This document shows positions 35,036-38,417 of a stretch of 38,417 bases of DNA, piece by piece (within the stretch, counting starts at the first letter, position 1; each line of letters starts with the position of its first letter). The DNA is from Macrostomum lignano (lineage: Eukaryota). Under the pieces are notes generated by a model that was given only the letters and a program-made list of their open reading frames with translations, was not told where the DNA came from and searched no databases. The position numbers and the translations under genes are program-made. Location of the stretch: the NCBI GenBank assembly GCA_002269645.1, contig NIVC01003860.1, forward strand, positions 35,003-73,419, in the 5' to 3' direction.

Positions 35036-35599
35036 TGGGCCACAGTTATGGACTGGCGCTTCAGGCCTGATTATAAGAGTTAGAAATCTGAAGTTTAGCC
35101 TAAATTAGGAGATAGGTGGAAATTTATTAAATATGCCTAGGTGCAGTGAAGGGCGAGGCAGAAAAGCACAATGAGACCCCTAGATAGCTATTAGAAGGGT
35201 AAACAGAAGCAGCATTAAGACGATTAATCAACTGTCAAGTCAGATATGAATGACCGAATCTAATAAAGCCTCCCTTCCATTCCAGTGAGTAGCAACACTC
35301 CGCCGCAGGCACAATGGCGCTCAAACTGGCCGGGAAAAGCAAACCGAGGAGAGGCCCGACTTAGACAGCAATGACGTCAAAAAGAGCAATCGGCCCGTGG
35401 CACGCGTCAGAACCTGGCGAACTTTGGAGGAGAATCGCACGGCCCGCCTACGGACTTCTATCGAACCTGAAGCGGCCCAAGAAGGCGAGATCAACCCCAA
35501 GTAGCTTGACAACCGAGAGAGAGAACTGTCTAATCATCCATGGACAGAGTTAAGAGAAGGAAAACTAAGCTCTTTTTCCTGTAATCTATTGTGATAAAT

Positions 35600-36640
35600 A
35601 GGCAATTAGATAAATAGCATGCACGGCGAGCAAATAATTAGGCCCTAGACAAACCTACTTGGAGCGTTTGGAGATTTTAAAGCTATTAATCCTAATCGCC
35701 TATCGCCGGTCGGCGAGTCCTACCAGTCTTTCTCCAATAGCCGCAGGTACAGTACAAGAAAATAAAGAACACGAGGGAACACAAACCGAAAGATTTAGAG
35801 AGTGATAATCCTATATGATACAAACTGATAATTGGCTAGACGATTTAATTTGATTATTCAGGCTACAGGATTCAAGCAAATTAGCGGCGCAGATAATTAG
35901 ACTGATGATAACGAATAATAACGATTAATAATAATGATTATATTACGCACTGACAAGCGGATCTCAGCTTGAAGAAGAAGAAGGAGGCACCGAACACAGG
36001 ACCACGGAGAAAGACTCCTATCCCCTGGCCTAAACCAGAACCTACACTCAAACGAGAGCCCTGCCGAATCGACCGTTCAACGGAGTACCGACTAAATTCT
36101 ATCGGCACTGCCCTTCAGTGTAACACTGAGGCCCTCGGGTCGAGGCCGCGTACTTGATCAGATCCGACAGTCTCTATCTAACCGCGCTTGATAGCGACGA
36201 CTTCAGACAGAAATTTGCCGTAGACGTTACGCCACAAGACTAAAGCGGTTGGGCGGGAACAAAAATATGGACCGGGGGTGATGAATTCAGGCGCCTCAAA
36301 GCGCGAACCAAAGGAAACAGCTAGGCCACCGGCCGGGAGACAAGACAAAACCGGGAGAGGAGAGAGGAGAGAAGGCGAGATCCGATTGCCAAAACACACT
36401 TTCATATATAGTCAGAGTCACAACCCCTCAAAACCCCCCTCAAGCCGGGTGGTGTCGTCTGGCGGCCGCTTGCTTAAGCCGAATTGCACTGTGCCCGCGG
36501 CGCCGGGTAGAATTGAAACTTGCCGCGTGCCAGGGTCCAGGCCGGTTCTGATTGGCTGACCGCGCAAAGCTGGGGTTCGCAGAAAACTCAACCCTCCGCT
36601 GAGTCACAAATGACGTCTGACTTCTAGCCTGTTTACGCAA
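35600..36640 (-). promoter_or_regulatory. Third LTR-like promoter cassette (minus strand); boundaries uncertain
   Basis: GACGTCA-like at 36611, CAGCCAATCAG at ~36548-36558, TATATA at 36405-36410 followed by TTTTGGC, matching the layout at 10820 and 16013. Confidence 0.35.
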
Positions 36641-38417
36641 AATCGATTCTAACTAGCAAGGAAAAAGTACACCAAAAAGGTATGACTAAACTAAAGCAAA
36701 ATAACAATTCAATAACAATAATGCAAAAACCTAACTAATAGAATACAAGGCTATCGCAAAAGATGCTCACACTACACTATCTATCCCAAAATTTATCCAA
36801 CTCAACGCATAGATTTGCAAAACCCGGAATAATCTCTAACCCACACACTTCAGTTTAAATGAAATTTTATTTTTATAAAACAACTTGAGTTCGATAACGA
36901 ATAAACTATGATGACCAGTCACCCAATGACCTACCTATTTTGAGCAGGTCTTGCGCCAAAATGACCTAAGATACACTCTGCAGAGTTAATCTTGGCGCCT
37001 CTGCATCTACATTGGGCTCAGAAACTGGAATCGGATTAGCAAAACGTAATGACTCAATGCTCATGACGTAAAAGAATTCGGACGATTGTAATCGGCGGCT
37101 GCAAAGAGGACATACAGTACTGCAATACACTACCATTCGCTTGACAAATCACCAGATCAACATTAAAACAACGATCAATCAATACTGGAAATATCTGCTC
37201 TATACGGCTCGGCAGAGCGTGTCTTAAAGATGCTGCATCGGTCTCAAGTGGAGTGCCCTGCAACTGGTCACACACTGCACTGCATGAAATCACCAGGAAT
37301 GCAAATTATACGCAACGCATCAAAAATTACGACAGATGGTGTCGCCAACTTACTATTGACAAACCTGAAATATCAAATATCAAAACCGGAAATAAATTTC
37401 TTTATTTGCATCGAAAGAGCAGTTGCAAAGTGAAATAAACCGTTTATTTGCACCGATGGAAAAAATGAAATTTACACTGAGACCATAGACGTTTGCCCGG
37501 GGCATGGGGATACATTGTACATAACTTTATTTGCCGGTTCTTAAATAGTGACGAATATATTTTATGCTATTCTACTTTCTTTAAAGCTAGTCTGTCATGT
37601 AATAGCATTATAAAACAAAATTATTAGAAAACGATTTGATCAGTAAAAGATTCTTTAAAACCGATTCTCATGCATCAATTTTCTTCGAAATCAATCGCAA
37701 AACTTAGTATTCTTAGAAACCGATCGCATATGCTGATATTCTTAGAAGGCGAAGAAGCGAATGTAGATTCTATTCAAAATGCTGATCTCATAAATAAAAT
37801 TCTTGGAAACCGATCTCGTAAGTATGATGATAAATCGCATGAAAAAATCTCAGAAACAGATTCTAGTTTTTTTTCTTTTTAACCTATGTACCAAATAAAC
37901 GTCAGCTAAGGCACAATGGGGAATGGGCACACTGATCATTATTTAACGATCACTAAAATATATAGCTCAGATGGTAGAATGGATCTGGACTGAAAAGAGG
38001 CAAGGACGCTCCTGCAGCTTCCTCTGAGGGAACTGGCACTCGCATGGCTCACGTAATCTACCGACCCGTCTGGCCCAAGGACTACTAAATGAAGTGTTCC
38101 TATGATCCTTGTCTGGCCCCGGGTGCTCATCAAACGGATGAGGAGTCCTCGAGTGACCCGTTGCTCTATGCCAGTGACAACTGAAGCATCTGTGGTGCAA
38201 AGACCTACGCGCGCAAGCTGGTCGTCGATTTCTGGCTATGCTACGCCGAGAGTGCCGGCTCAACTGCTCCTCTTAAAGCTGCTTGCGTGCGGATAAAAAA
38301 TAATTAGTGCACAGGGGAAGCTTGACTAATCTAATCTATTGTCATGTCCATGCAGCTTATACGGATTCGACCTAGCGCAATGTATGAACCCGAATCATTT
38401 TCTGCACTAAATTGTAA

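Noticed and set aside
35233-35511. TGTCAAG...CTTGACA 7-bp terminal inverted match as a solo LTR
   Set aside because: No TSD and no other support; a 7-bp match can arise by chance.
37054-38296. Short ORFs at the window end
   Set aside because: No recognisable motifs or consistent splice structure.

Overview
This is eukaryotic (invertebrate metazoan) genomic DNA. GC-rich exons, GT-AG introns, CLCA duplication and heavy minisatellite content suggest a flatworm such as Macrostomum, but that is inference only. There are two host genes. The first is a two-exon Frizzled receptor (FZD4/9/10-like, + strand, 1211-3478) with a 1-nt frameshift in a G run and a degenerate KTxxxW motif. The second is a complete 9-exon, ~982-aa CLCA-family gene (- strand, 31775-26404) whose HExxH metalloprotease motif is replaced by LYFSQ while the vWA MIDAS is intact. 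A truncated CLCA paralogue lies on the + strand (12248-13693). The rest is a dense mobile-element graveyard: deleted piggyBac and mariner elements, a tRNA-derived SINE with a 13-bp TSD, a Polinton/Maverick (adintovirus-like) gene block, a THAP/P-element flanked by 49-bp inverted repeats, a LINE ORF1 (DUF4780-like) remnant, a 5'-inverted LINE ORF2, a DIRS/Ngaro tyrosine-recombinase remnant, a Helitron Rep remnant, three LTR-like promoter cassettes and several tandem repeats. There is no CRISPR array, rRNA or intact tRNA. Family assignments come from manual motif recognition, not database searches.
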